Positions 1 through 11,990 of a stretch of DNA of 64,000 nt are shown here, one piece after another. This DNA comes from Macrostomum lignano (Eukaryota): the NCBI GenBank assembly GCA_002269645.1, contig NIVC01001150.1:287698-351697 (forward strand), in the 5' to 3' direction. The position numbers and the translations under genes are program-made. The notes below the pieces were generated by a model, which was not told the DNA's origin, did not search any database, and saw only the letters and a program-made list of their open reading frames with translations. The number at the start of each line of letters is the position of its first letter. Position 1 is the first letter of the stretch.

Positions 1-1062
1 AATTATAACAATAGATAATAGACACAAATCTCATTTTTTCTTGAGATCTTGAAAGTAAGATAGATTGAGAAAAATTCCAAGATTTTGATAATCTAGATTA
101 AGATTACAATCTTATCAAGACTAATCCTGGACTCCAGATAGTATATATATATATACTAGAAAAGTCTAGTATATAGAGGAACCTGGAGTATACCATTGGC
201 ATATAACAATGCCTGGCATGCTCTCTTAGCATAAAGCTTGATATATAGAAATTGCCAAGATTATTGGAAAATAGGTGGGACTAAGTTCCAAGTCCAAACC
301 AATGTACAAATCATTTAGTGTACAAAAGCTAAGTTTAAATTTAGTGTAGTCTCCACATGCATGTAGTTAGAGTAGCTAAATTTTGATCAACAAAAATATC
401 AAAAAATTAATGAAAAAGAAATTAAAAAACTATATATTCCACTTTTTGAAAAAGTTAAAAGTTAAACAAAAATAATTAAAGAATATCAGTTTTTAGTTCA
501 AAAGAATATCAACCAGTTTTTATTTAGCTATTTTTGCAAAAAAAACATAAGCTTAGTTAAAATATAGTTTGTCATTTCTCATTTTTGTCTTGGCACATTT
601 TGTATGCAATATAAATCTGTTATATATATTGGCATATAGGAGCTAAGGAAACAAATTTTATTCTACCATACACTAGTATAGGATCCTGACACTAGGACTA
701 ATCTCTAATGAATTATAGTATACAAATTTTTCAATGCAATTACACCCACACAATCTCACAAGAATTTTGAGTTGAATAAAGCAAGTTTGAAAAAAATTGG
801 TTCAGGCATTCAGGCTGTAGACTGAAATACCGGTCAAACAAACCTTAGAGATTTAGTATATTGTGATAGTAAATAATATAAAATATGATACTAACTTACT
901 AAGCTAGAAGTTTTTAATTTTATGATTGATATTTCTATCGTATTGTATATTGGTTACTTGACTACTTTTAAACATTATACAATAGAAATAACTAGCAAAT
1001 TTTATAAGTTGTCAATATATGATAAATCAAACTTGTCTTTTAGGTCAAGATACTAGGATAAT

Positions 1063-2022
1063 ATGTGAGGGTTTCCCGACAGATATTCAGACAGATATTC
1101 AAAACGATCATCTACTACTTTTAACAAAATGGACCAAACGGAACCATATTTTTGGCAGATGTTTACGCATATGTTTGCAATCAAATGAGCCCAAATGTGT
1201 TTTATAAAATAAAAAACTTTACAAAGTGCATTGTTTCAAAGATTGCTTGGCAACACCATGATTCAGCATCTCTTCAATGTTTTCTGAAAATGATTCAATT
1301 TTTACATCCCATAAATGGGCGACGCCTGAGGTGTCATTTTAAAGCTGGGACGTGCGTAAAAGAGCGAGTTAAGTTTTATGTTTCGTAAGCAAAAAATGGT
1401 GTCACAATTTCTTGGCGTATATTTCGACATAAAACGTCAAGCGTTATTGACTCAAAAGCAAAGCACACTTTAGAGTCGAATATCTCAGGAAATACTGTTT
1501 CTTTTTCAGCTTCAATGGTGTCATTCTAAAGCTGGGATGTGCGTAAGAATGGAACTATAAATTCATTTAATTTGAGAGCGAAATGGAGTTCTAACATCAG
1601 CAAATATGTGCTGTTTCTTGACTTGCCTTCAAAAAAGCAAATCGCCAAGCACACTTTAAAAGAAAATAATTCAAGAAGTAAAGTATTTTATTAGACGCGT
1701 GATGCGGCATTTTACAGCTGAAACATGCGTAAGAGTTAGTCCACTGTCTTTTTAGGATACGGGGCACATTTATGGGATGTAAAAATTGAATCATTTTCAG
1801 AAAACGTTGAAGAGATGCTGAATCATGGTGTTGCCAAGCAATCTTTGAAACAATGCACTCTGTAAAGTTTTTTTATTTTATAAAACAAATTTGGGCTCAT
1901 TTGATTGCAAACACATGCATAAACATCTGCCAAAAATATGGTTCTGTTTGGTCCATTTTGTTAAAAGTAGTAGATGATCATTTTGAATATCTGTCTGAAT
2001 ATCTGTCGGGAAACCCTCACAT
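1063..2022. mobile_element. Non-autonomous Mutator-like (MULE) MITE, 960 bp
   Basis: ~255-bp terminal inverted repeats (1063-~1318 vs ~1763-2022, both reading ATGTGAGGGTTTCCCGAC inward). Flanked by an exact 9-bp direct repeat TAGGATAAT (1054-1062, 2023-2031). Long TIRs with a 9-bp TSD are typical of MULEs. No transposase ORF. Confidence 0.9.
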
Positions 2023-5000
2023 TAGGATAATTCCATAGTCTAGATAGATCATGCCTCATGCTAGGTATATGCCCAAACAAAAATTGAATAATTACAAATG
2101 CACATTGAAAAAAATTAAGTACATGCCTATTCTCAAAACTGTGTTGTGATAATGAATCACTTTTTTATATTGTGACAATAAATAACATCTTTTAAATTGC
2201 ATAATAGATGCATTTTAGCAAAAATTGGTTGATTTGTATGCTTTTTTGTAATACTATTTATAGTAGAAAATTAATACTTGCAAAGATTTGTTTAAATGCT
2301 TTATTATGGGCTTAAAAACACAGAAAGCTTGAAATTTATGCTTAAAATGAACTTTTTTTCATCTTTTTTCTATTTCACAATAACTCTTCTATGTGATTCT
2401 ATAAAGTGCATACTAGGTATGCATATATACTATTTTTTAGGAGTGATGCATGCCAACTATTACTTTTGGCATGCAAGACCAATGCATGTCCAAATTTTTG
2501 GGCATATACTACATGATCCAGAGTATAAGGATAATTATATAGGGAATAAGCTTTAGGCAATTCTAGTTTGAATTTTTGTTTGAATCTGAATTTCCAAACT
2601 TTAAAATTAATAATATTTATATACCTTATAGCTGCTTTCTAGGAGATACACATTAAACTTGGTTAGTTGACTGGTCTATTCAGCTTTATATATTTAAAGA
2701 TAAGTCTCTACTCTACTTTAGTCCACTACTAAGAGGTTACGATCATTTTAACAAAAAGTAATTTCAGGGAAAGTAATTTCAGCAAAATTCATTTTAGCAA
2801 AAAATTTAACCATATTTAGAAGGTGCTATATAGTTATAGGGTATTACCTCTTTGTTTATCAGTTGTTAATTGTGGTTTTTTGAATATTTAAAAAATGTAT
2901 ACTTATGGGCAAAAGAACTTAACTTTGATTCATAAAAATGTTTAGTGTAACACTAAATGAACAGTTTAATGTAGGTAAAAATGGAGAACCTTGAAAATTA
3001 GACATGTTTCAAGTAAGCCATAGTAACTTGTCTTTGACTTGATAAGTACAACATAAAAGTACAAAACTGTATAAGTACAAAGTTAAAACTACACAAAATA
3101 AGCTAAACCATCTAAGCTAAAAGTTAAACTAAAATTTTGACTACTCCTAATACAAGTCTTCACCCTTCACTTTACCTGATGCTACACTTTAGATGATACC
3201 ATTGCTGGCATTTATCACATTAAAGTGCTAATTGACATGCAGTTATTGCTTTGTTTTGGCTATTTTGGAATTCTCAAGCTAATTGTACATGTGTACACTA
3301 AGTGATGTCTATTTTTAGTAACACTCTCAAGGTTAGCCATTAGCCACACATTGGCTGAGTGGTAAGTAAAATTGGCACAGAAGATAGAATTATACCTTGC
3401 TAAATGATTCAGAAGACAGCAAGTTTTAAGAGTGCAATGCAAACATATCAACCGATTGCACACCATAGCAATCAATTGTTACTTATTTTGCTTCAAATTT
3501 TATGCACTTGTTGCACACACTTGTTGTATACAATATTACTGAAAAATTCCTCAAATTAACAATGTTTGAATTTTATATCACTAGAAAAACATTTGTTTCA
3601 TAACAAACTTAACTTGCACCATTTTACATGTATTAGTAAGTTTTTTGTTGAAATTACTTTTCTTAAATAGGCCTCTTGCCAAAATGACTTTTAGCCAAAA
3701 ATTGGCAAAATGATTTGCTAATGATTGGCCAAAATGATTGGCAATGATTGGTACCCCTACACCCACTGAGTTCTGGCAGAAGCTACTAGTACTAAGGGCC
3801 AATGCTGATCCCTGAACACAGGAACACTTAATAGATATCTAAAACAAAAAGATAAGAATCGAAACAACAATCTGAACTGATGTATGTCTGTATGATAGTC
3901 AGAATGCTTGATAGCAACAAAGAATTGTTAGGTTTTTTTACAATAGGCTACATCATAGATCTCTTAGGGTTCGGCCACTGCGGCGCGTCTAGGGTGTCTA
4001 GCTAGGGAGTAAGTCAGTGGCAACAGTGCGAGAGGCAGATTTAGAAATACAAAATGGGGGGCGAGCTTTAACCATCAGGCATCAGATCAGTGGGGGCGCC
4101 ATAATATACATACACTGGGCGATCCTGAAGATTCCCGCGTTTAATTATTTTACGGAATTATTTCGCCCTCTATTCAAGGGTGGTGGGGGGGTGGGGGTTA
4201 TAATTAAACGCGGGAAACTAAGAAATCGCCATACACTGCACTTGACTTAGAAGGGAGCCATAATACACTCGAGGGGCACCATACTGAGCACACTGAGTGC
4301 GGTGGGGACCTTTTTTAGGGCAAAGGAAAAAGGGCACCATCATCGCTAGACACAAGAGACACAGGATAATCCGCCACTGAACAGTCACACACACAGTGCT
4401 ACTAAACTACGACAACTGAATGAACGCGTACGTCTTACACTGAGTTCATGAATTCGTCGAAAATTTCAACACTTTAAAACCTTCTGTCCATTCAAACAAA
4501 ATCTATAGATTGCGGTAGAGATTCCGCAAGTTTTTAATTCAAATTTTAATTATACGTTAAAAAGTAGGAGCTGTGCTTTAGCAGAACAAAATTGGATCAT
4601 CAAAAAAGCAATCCAATAATTTTTGCAACCGCGAACATCGATTGCCTGATTATCTTATAGTACGAGCGTAAGTTGAAAATTTGTTGTGCATGATACCGTA
4701 AGCGCAGTGCTTCTGTAGCAAAGGACGCGCAGCACTAGTTATTTTAATAAATACACGGACTATTTACATGTAAATATTTATATAGTTTAGTTTTCTCTGT
4801 CCCTAGAGGATATTCTGTTTCTCAAACTTAGCAGATCTTGTCTCTGTGCCATTCTTAGCAGATCTTGTCAATCTGCTCGGTTCTTGCAGGATCTTCTAAG
4901 ATGGGAGGTACATTACTTTTTTTATTCATTTGGCTAAAGTGTTCTAGCTGAACTATATTTTGTTTTATGACAAGATGGGACAATAAATTTAAGAAAATAT

Positions 5001-5926
5001 GCGATTCGAAGCTATAAAAAGATATAAAAGATAAGATCTTGTACGATGTAGCAAGTCGCCCATATCTGGTAAGTTTACCTAAGTATTATTATAGTAAAGA
5101 TCTTGCACGTTCTTGCAAGTACTTGCGCAGCAACCCAAGAAGATAGATAAGATCTGCTAAGAATCAACAAATCAATTTCTTCTAGGGGTGCACAGCGGGG
5201 TTGCTAATCATGCAGTCACGGAGGATTCCTTTGCTACATGTACGTAAGGTTCAGTGTAAGCTATAAAGAGCTAAGCTATCAAGCGGCCATTAAATCCTTG
5301 TACAACTTTCCTTTTACAAAAAATAGCTAGGTAACACGTAACACGCATTTGATTACAGAGTGAATTAAGTCTTAAAAACTAAAAAGTGCATAAAATCGGC
5401 TGGATTCACTGCAGCTTGCATACAAGGACTACAAGGACTTAAGTTGTCCTTGCTTGCATATTGCTTGAGGGAAGTTGCATTAATGATTAAGATTTCGAGC
5501 GCAATAAGCGCGGCAATATTGACAAATCTGCTTGGCAAAGTTTGTATGTGTTATGGGTTGATATAGCTGAAAGTAATCAAACAATAACCCAAAGACTGGG
5601 TCCAATCCGACCTTACCCCCAGTTGGTCCTTTCATTTGCGAGCTTTTGAGAGTATAGTAACACAGGTTTGCCGCGAATGTGCGCACTTTCTAACCTATAA
5701 AATCTGCCTTTCTAGCTCTACCCACTGTATTCTATTCACTGGAGAGGTTGGCTGCCCCTTCAGTGTGCGCTCCGTTGAGCATCCAATAATCGAATAGCTG
5801 GGCAAGCAAGCTGCGCTCGCCACCCCATGCAGCTCTCACAGAGTGCTTTCTATTTTTTGTGTAGGTTTTGTGTAAATTTGCCCAGAGACGCTTGCAGTTG
5901 CCAGTTTTCTGCCAAGCTGGAAGGAA

Positions 5927-6595
5927 ATGGCAGCCTCAGGCGCAGTGTGTTGTATCTTGGCCATCACCTGCACCATCGCAGCGGTGGACCTGGGCCTGAG
6001 CATCGCCGAGATCGCCATGGGTTACATTCACCTTCAAGACTGTCCCGTGCAGGCGAAGATCCCCATCTACCTGGTGGTGGCGGGCTGCACCGGTCTCATA
6101 TTGGCCCTCGGAAACTTCGTTAAGGCAAAGAAGACCAAAGGCGACTCGCAGCGGAGGGAGGCTGCAGAGCAGAGCACGGCGTCGAATTGCGCGAACGGCA
6201 TCATCTCGCTGCTGTCTCTGTTTGCCTTCGTCTGGCTCATCTGTGGCACCGTCTGGGTATTCAGCACTTCGCCAACCTTCCAGCAGGCACAGGAGTTGAG
6301 CAACGCTACCACCAGCACCAGTGCTACCACAGCGCCTGCTTTAGTGACTGTCCCGGAAGCCAGTAACAGTATATCGCCAGTCAACACGTACTGCTACGAG
6401 CCCCTGTACAAGTTCGTCATGGCAACCGTCCTTCTGCGCTACGCAGTAATGGGTCTGTACCTCTGCCTCATTCTTTGCACCTGCTGCGCCTGCTGCGGCG
6501 CCATGTGCTGCGTAAAGTGCCTGGTGGACAAGGAAGACGGCGCATCCTCTGGCGAGCGGCAGGAGCAGGCCGTGAGCATGGTGGAGAAGAGCTGA
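5927..6595 (+). CDS. TMEM272: TMEM272-like multi-pass membrane protein, 222 aa, intronless
   Basis: ATG to TGA. Four hydrophobic segments, the motif CPVQAKIPIYLVVAG, 'FVWLICGTVWVF', 'YCYEPLYKF' and a Cys-rich C-terminal helix resemble the TMEM272 family. Confidence 0.7.
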   Translation: MAASGAVCCILAITCTIAAVDLGLSIAEIAMGYIHLQDCPVQAKIPIYLVVAGCTGLILALGNFVKAKKTKGDSQRREAAEQSTASNCANGIISLLSLFAFVWLICGTVWVFSTSPTFQQAQELSNATTSTSATTAPALVTVPEASNSISPVNTYCYEPLYKFVMATVLLRYAVMGLYLCLILCTCCACCGAMCCVKCLVDKEDGASSGERQEQAVSMVEKS

Positions 6596-7515
6596 GCAGC
6601 CGGGGCCAAAGCTTACAGGCTCTGCGCTTTTAACTGTCCCGAAATTGTGACTCGCACAGACGTGTCCACGTGTCATGTACAAAAATCGAACACTTTGTTG
6701 GGCTGGTCGATGAAGCTCTAATGAAAAATAAATACTTAAAGCTACCGTGTTTTTGTCGATTGACTCTCAGTCCTATGCTGAAGAAGTTGTGTCTAATCCT
6801 TGTAAAGAAAATATATATTAGGTTTGTAGAAAACTCACGAGGCGTTGCCGGCAAAAGTCCCTTGAAAAAAGAAGCTTTAGCTTTTCCCGGGTTTAAATTT
6901 TTTGAAAAAGTTGGTCGAATGAACCTCGAGATAAGATATAGACGAGCCGTTCAGGCGAACTCCTTTGAGTGCATCCTGATCCGCAACACCGAAAGGTGAG
7001 GCATCGAAATGGCCCGGATTCGCCAGGTTCATAAAACCCTTTCGAAAGTTGTATCAAAGCAGTACGCTTGAGGCGAAGCTCAGGTTCGACACTCCGGACG
7101 AATTGGCAGCCGGCACCAACTATTCAGAGTGCAGTGCAGCACGCACTCGGACTCGACGGCAGCGGTCGCGGGCTCCAGGCCAGACAGAGCACTCGGACAG
7201 GTGTTGGTCAGAAGCTCATACACTGCAGAGCATTGCTCGCATGCTACAGCTGGGTAGCACAAAAACAAAAGCGAAATTACACCAACTAACATTGCAAAAT
7301 ATGCTGCTGTTTTATCAGAACTTGCTGGGTGGCGCTCCCCTGCGTTATGCGAATATATATATATATATAGTGTCTTTTTGAAGCGCTGCAATCACCAATT
7401 ACACGCCAGCTCTTTTAGCCAGCATTTGTCTCATTAGCGGAACGGCCGGAGGGAGAGAGCAAAGGCAAGGATTGGAGAGCACGAGCAAAACATCCCAAAA
7501 ACCCGAACAAAGGGA

Positions 7516-8214
7516 TTAAAAAGTAGGGTACACGGCGACGGGGCGAGTCAGGCGAGCGCTAGGAGGTGCCGACAGCACACGGTTGACCATTGGGCGCAGG
7601 AGACGGAGGCAACCTCCCGACTGCGGCAGGTAGCGTGAAACGGCGCCGCTGCGCCAGCCGCCCAGCCGCTTGATCTGCTCCACGTCGAGGCCGCTGTCGA
7701 ACGCCAGACAGGCGCCACCCCGTCGTAGAGAGTGGCCTGAGAAAGCTGTCGCCGCCCAACCCGCATCTGTCAGAGCCCGAGCGAGGCGGCGGTCGAATTG
7801 ACGCGATGACATCGGGCACCAGCTTCCGGCGATGTGGACGCAAAACAGCCGAGTGAGCGCCGGCGCAGACCGCAGCTTGTTAGTCTGAAAATGCCGCCGC
7901 AGGGCTTGGACAGGGCATAGTGGGTGGCTTCCGAGCGCTGGCAGCACCGCCTCCTGGTGGTCTTGTCCGCATTGGTTGGTCTTCGACTGTCGAACTCGGA
8001 GTCTCCAGCACTGACTATCGGCCTGAGTGTCGCTGACGAGAATGGAGTGGCGCCCGCAGACATTTGCTTTCCTGAGAAGCGCCCAGAAGCAGCAGAGCAC
8101 GGCGGCCCAAAAGGCGGCGTCTGCAGGGTCTCTTGGGTTCACCTGGTTTGCCAGTGAAAGCAGAACAGCCGGGGTGATGGGGTCTTTCTGCTTGCACAGG
8201 AGTGTACAGCGGCC
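7516..8214 (-). pseudogene. Tyrosine recombinase catalytic domain of DIRS/Ngaro type, 5'-truncated
   Basis: Frame open from a TAA at 8217-8215 to a stop at 7516. Reads KQKDPITPAVLL..FWAAVLCCFWALLRKAN (R), SKTNQ (K), FSGHSLRRGG (HxxR), GGWRS (W), SRY (Y). No N-terminal core-binding domain, RT or LTRs nearby. Confidence 0.8.
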
Positions 8215-8705
8215 TTAAATGACGCTTCTATGATTTTATCATGACGCTGCATTTCAAGTCGAAAGAGCTGCTTGACCTTTGCAAAAAACATGTTTTTCGA
8301 ATATTTAATCCCTTTAGCATCGAGAAATTTCTTAGCCACGATGCATGTACCATCACGGAAAAATTTCTAAACGATCAGTGCAAGTTCGAAGAAAATCGAT
8401 TGAGCCGTTTTTTCTAAAATCGATCTCATACCTATCCACCGTACCGACAGACCATGTTTAGTTTAGCTCCTGACCTGACTTGCGCTTGGAATCAAGCCTG
8501 GGCCGCTGGCACGCCAGAGCATCGCGCTATACCATGCACTTGTTTTGAAATGGCCTTTACAAGCCATTGTTTGAAATTCTCTGACATGTAAGCAGAAGAT
8601 AATTGGAAAACAAAGACTTAAATTTGCTTTCCTGACCATCAGAATAAAGCCAGTTAGTGTTGCACAATGTCTGTGGGCTATAAAAAGAGTCCTTCAATGA
8701 GTTGT

Positions 8706-9860
8706 CTATCCATTCCTATCAAAGTATTGCAGATTGGCGATCAGAGTGGGCCGACTGCCGTAGACCTCCAGCTCTGCCGGCACATCGCAGGCGGTCATTG
8801 GCCGCGAATCTCGCCGTCTAACGCTGATGCTCACCATGAGCATCCTGGAGCAGCTCACAACGAAGTATTCGCCCTTGTCGATTGGCAAGCAGAAGCCCAT
8901 GTACCTGACGTTCCCTAATCTGCGCTCCACGGAGTCGAATGTGTAGTCATTGGGGTCGAAACTGCAGTCATTCCCTTTCCGCTTCCAGACTACGATCTTC
9001 TCCACAAACCTTTTTGTCGACAAGCTGCCAAAGTTGAATTGCAATGAGCTGCCGATGGTCATATTTGAGTTCTCGTCTGGACCGAAGTTGTCCTCACGGA
9101 TACCGTCAATGGCCTTCATGATGGTGGGATTGAAGATGCTCCTAGAGCTGTTGCTATCCCTGTCAATCATCGGGTTCATGTAGGAATCGCCCGTGAAGGC
9201 AGACAGAACCTCGAAAGCGTCTGCAAGATGCGTTGAGTTCAGTCAGACGAGTTTTCTATCGAAATTCGAAATAGAAAACAGGTATGAATTTCGTGCTACG
9301 ACCCCTGGTTTGACTACGTGCGTGACCAACATTCATTTGAGGCCTGTGCATGAAAGTTGGCTGGGGATTGACGCATTCACACCCATTAGGGCCAACCCCA
9401 TCTTATAGGTGATCAGCAATCAGCGGAATGGAGACAAAATTGCCGCATCGTTGTGGGACGTGGGCTGTTGTCGAAGGCGTGTTGTGCCAGGGAGCCCACA
9501 GCACTCCTGTGAACATTACTATCATCAATGCCTTATAAAAGAGAAGAGTTCATAGTGTTACGCGAGTACAGTAAACTTCAGCTTCAGCTGTGGAACTTGG
9601 TATGAAAAAATCGGACACAATCTGGATTAGGTCAAAATGCACGGTTAAGGACAGCGCAAGAGCTCCGTCATGTGCTCACCGTAGCAGTCTTTGTTAAGCG
9701 GCAGCCTGGCAAAGCCCCGCCCGGGACAGGGGACGCAGCCATCGCTGCTCACCATCTGGAACTCGGTGCATCCGTGCGTCCTCCGCAGCGACGCGGCGTC
9801 CTCTTGGGCAGCAACAGTCGCGACTGCGGCCAGCAATGCCAAGCTTGCAGAGAAAATCAT
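8706..9860 (-). CDS. Predicted secreted protein (~231 aa) with F-type-lectin/discoidin-like beta domain; exons 9860-9680 and 9220-8706
   Basis: Exon 1 has a signal peptide (MIFSASLALLAAVATVAA) and a phase-1 donor G|GTGAGC. A phase-1 acceptor TTGCAG|AC at 9221/9220 joins in frame. KAIDG, LQFNFG..VEKIVVWKR..DC and ELEVYG resemble FTP/F5-8C motifs. Confidence 0.55.
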
Positions 9861-11055
9861 TGCGTTAAGATTTCAGTGCAGGATTGAGCCCACATGCATT
9901 TCAGTTCGGGGTCGCACATTTGAAGCATTTATTTACCCGCGTCATAAACTTTCATCTGATAATTGGCTGCACGTTGCATGCAAACAACATGCAGCTACGT
10001 AGACTTTGGAATTTGAACTGAAGCGTCTTCTACCCTTAGTTTTAATTATTTATCTTATTCCGTTGCTAATTCTCTACTATCTAGACTTCGGTCATCTCCA
10101 AGCTGTTAACCTACCAGGCATGTCTTCTTCGTATTTTGCACCGAGCTGACCCGAGCAATCGTAAACAAACCGGCCAGAAGGGAGACGCCGAAGCCAAGAC
10201 AGGCACTTGGGGGCAAAGTTTTCTGTCAGCCATCGTGTCGTTCGTGGGTTCGTCGGTCTATTTGATGGCGATGTAAACAAGCCTTAAAGTACATCGCCTG
10301 AAGCAAATCGGATGAAAGGGGCTGAGGGAGCTGTTGTTGTTAAACGGGGGTGCCATCGAGTGCGAAATGCCCGTCTGACAGGGTCGAGCGTGAGATCAAT
10401 TTCGCCACCGGTGAACACTTGATCCCCCTGCCGTAAGCACGCGAGAGCCTGTCACTCATCTCCATTGCCTAGAATCGCGGTATCTGGTGGGTCACACTGT
10501 CAGGGTACCAATAACTTCTGGGGCTCATGCCTTCCAGGTGATCCATTTACCAGCTCCCTTCGCGGGTAGATTCACCTAGCGCAATGACAGCTCAAAGCAG
10601 CACAGAGCGCGGCACTCTTCCTGAAATACGAGCAGCTCAGCCGCCAAGTTCGTCAGCCAGCCCCGGTCAGACAAAAGTACCCTCCGGGCAGAGTGCACCC
10701 AAACACGCAATCGCGAGAGATCGTCTTTACGTCTCAATTGGCTGAGTTGCGGGGAAAATCTCCCATTTACTGGGGCAATTTACCGGACCACTGCAGACTA
10801 GCCATTGCGAATTTTTGGGCTCATTATTTATGGGCGAATAGCTAAAGAATCGAGCGCACTACTATAATTCATTGCATTCAGTAGTACGAACACCGACAGC
10901 ATTAATTCGTAAATAAAAATATTTGAGAGATTGGAGAAATGGCGAGCACTTATTATAATTTCTTCTTCACCGCAAACTCAGCCTTTCATCTGAATTGCAG
11001 TCGCCAGAACAAAACCAAAATGTGAGCTGCATTCATCCACTCTCCCATCCGTTGG

Positions 11056-11348
11056 CAGTCAGTCAGTTAGCCAGTCAGTCAGTCAGTCAGCCAGTCAGTC
11101 AGTCAGTCAGTCAGTCAGCCAGTCAGTCAGTCAGTCAGTCAGTCAGTCAGTCAGTCAGTCAGTCAGTCAGTCAGTCAGTCAGTCAGTCAGTCAGTCAGCC
11201 AGTCAGTCAGTCAGTCAGTCAGCCAGTCAGTCAGTCAGTCAGCCAGTCAGTCAGTCAGTCAGTCAGTCAGTCAGTCAGTCAGTCAGTCAGCCAGTCAGTC
11301 AGTCAGTCAGCCAGTCAGTCAGTCAGTCAGTCAGTCAGCCTGTCAGTC
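11056..11348. repeat. (CAGT)n tetranucleotide microsatellite
   Basis: ~70 near-perfect CAGT units with occasional CAGC interruptions. Confidence 0.97.
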
Positions 11349-11796
11349 GCTCGGCCACCGGCTGGTGCCGCCAATTCAAGCAGATTTAAATAAAAATTGC
11401 AGTTCCCGTGCGCGCGCCATAAAGCAAAATCATTGGTGATTTTGCCCCGGACAAAAAAGCCCCGGACAAAGGAGACGATGCAAAAGCGAAAAAGTTGGGC
11501 TGACTGGCTGCAGGAGGATTCGGGGTACTTAAAAAGCTCTTCAGCTTAATCGAATGACTAATGGTAAAATGCAAGAGCGATCACTGACTGGCTCTGTGTC
11601 TCAAAAATTCCGGTGCAGTGCCATCTCAAATGTGGGCTATAATTAAAGTAAAAAATCGCAAGCTTCATCATCCCCTCTCATCAGTTTCTCGATCAAGAAG
11701 CAAATTTAAAAGCTTTGCGATTCAATGAGAAACTGGCAATTCCAGGCTGACAGATCCGCCCACCTGCGGAGTGACGCGCTGACAACTTCAACAGTT

Positions 11797-11990
11797 GGAT
11801 GCTGGCTGTGTCAGCCGTGTCAGCTGTGTCAGCAGGACTAGAGGAAACTGTCAGCAGGGATGCTGGCTGTGTCAAACGTGTCAGCTGTGTCAGCAGGACT
11901 AGAGGAAACTGTCAGCAGGGATACTGGCTGTGTCAGCAGGACTAGAGGAAACTGTCAGCAGGGATGCTGGCTGTGTCAGCAGGACTATAG
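11797..11990. repeat. ~43-bp minisatellite, ~4 imperfect copies
   Basis: Unit GGGATGCTGGCTGTGTCAGCAGGACTAGAGGAAACTGTCAGCA with internal 10-bp TGTCAGC duplications. Confidence 0.85.

Noticed and set aside
8455-8540. tRNA gene on the minus strand
   Set aside because: Only weak A/B-box-like motifs (TGGTATAGCG, GCTTGATTCC) and no acceptor stem; at most a decayed SINE head.
9400-9506. Extra lectin exon (SAVGSLAQHAFDN..FCLHS) inside the predicted intron
   Set aside because: Its frame is incompatible with the phase-1 donor and it ends in a stop.
10995-11393. SQSV-repeat ORF
   Set aside because: Translation of the (CAGT)n microsatellite.
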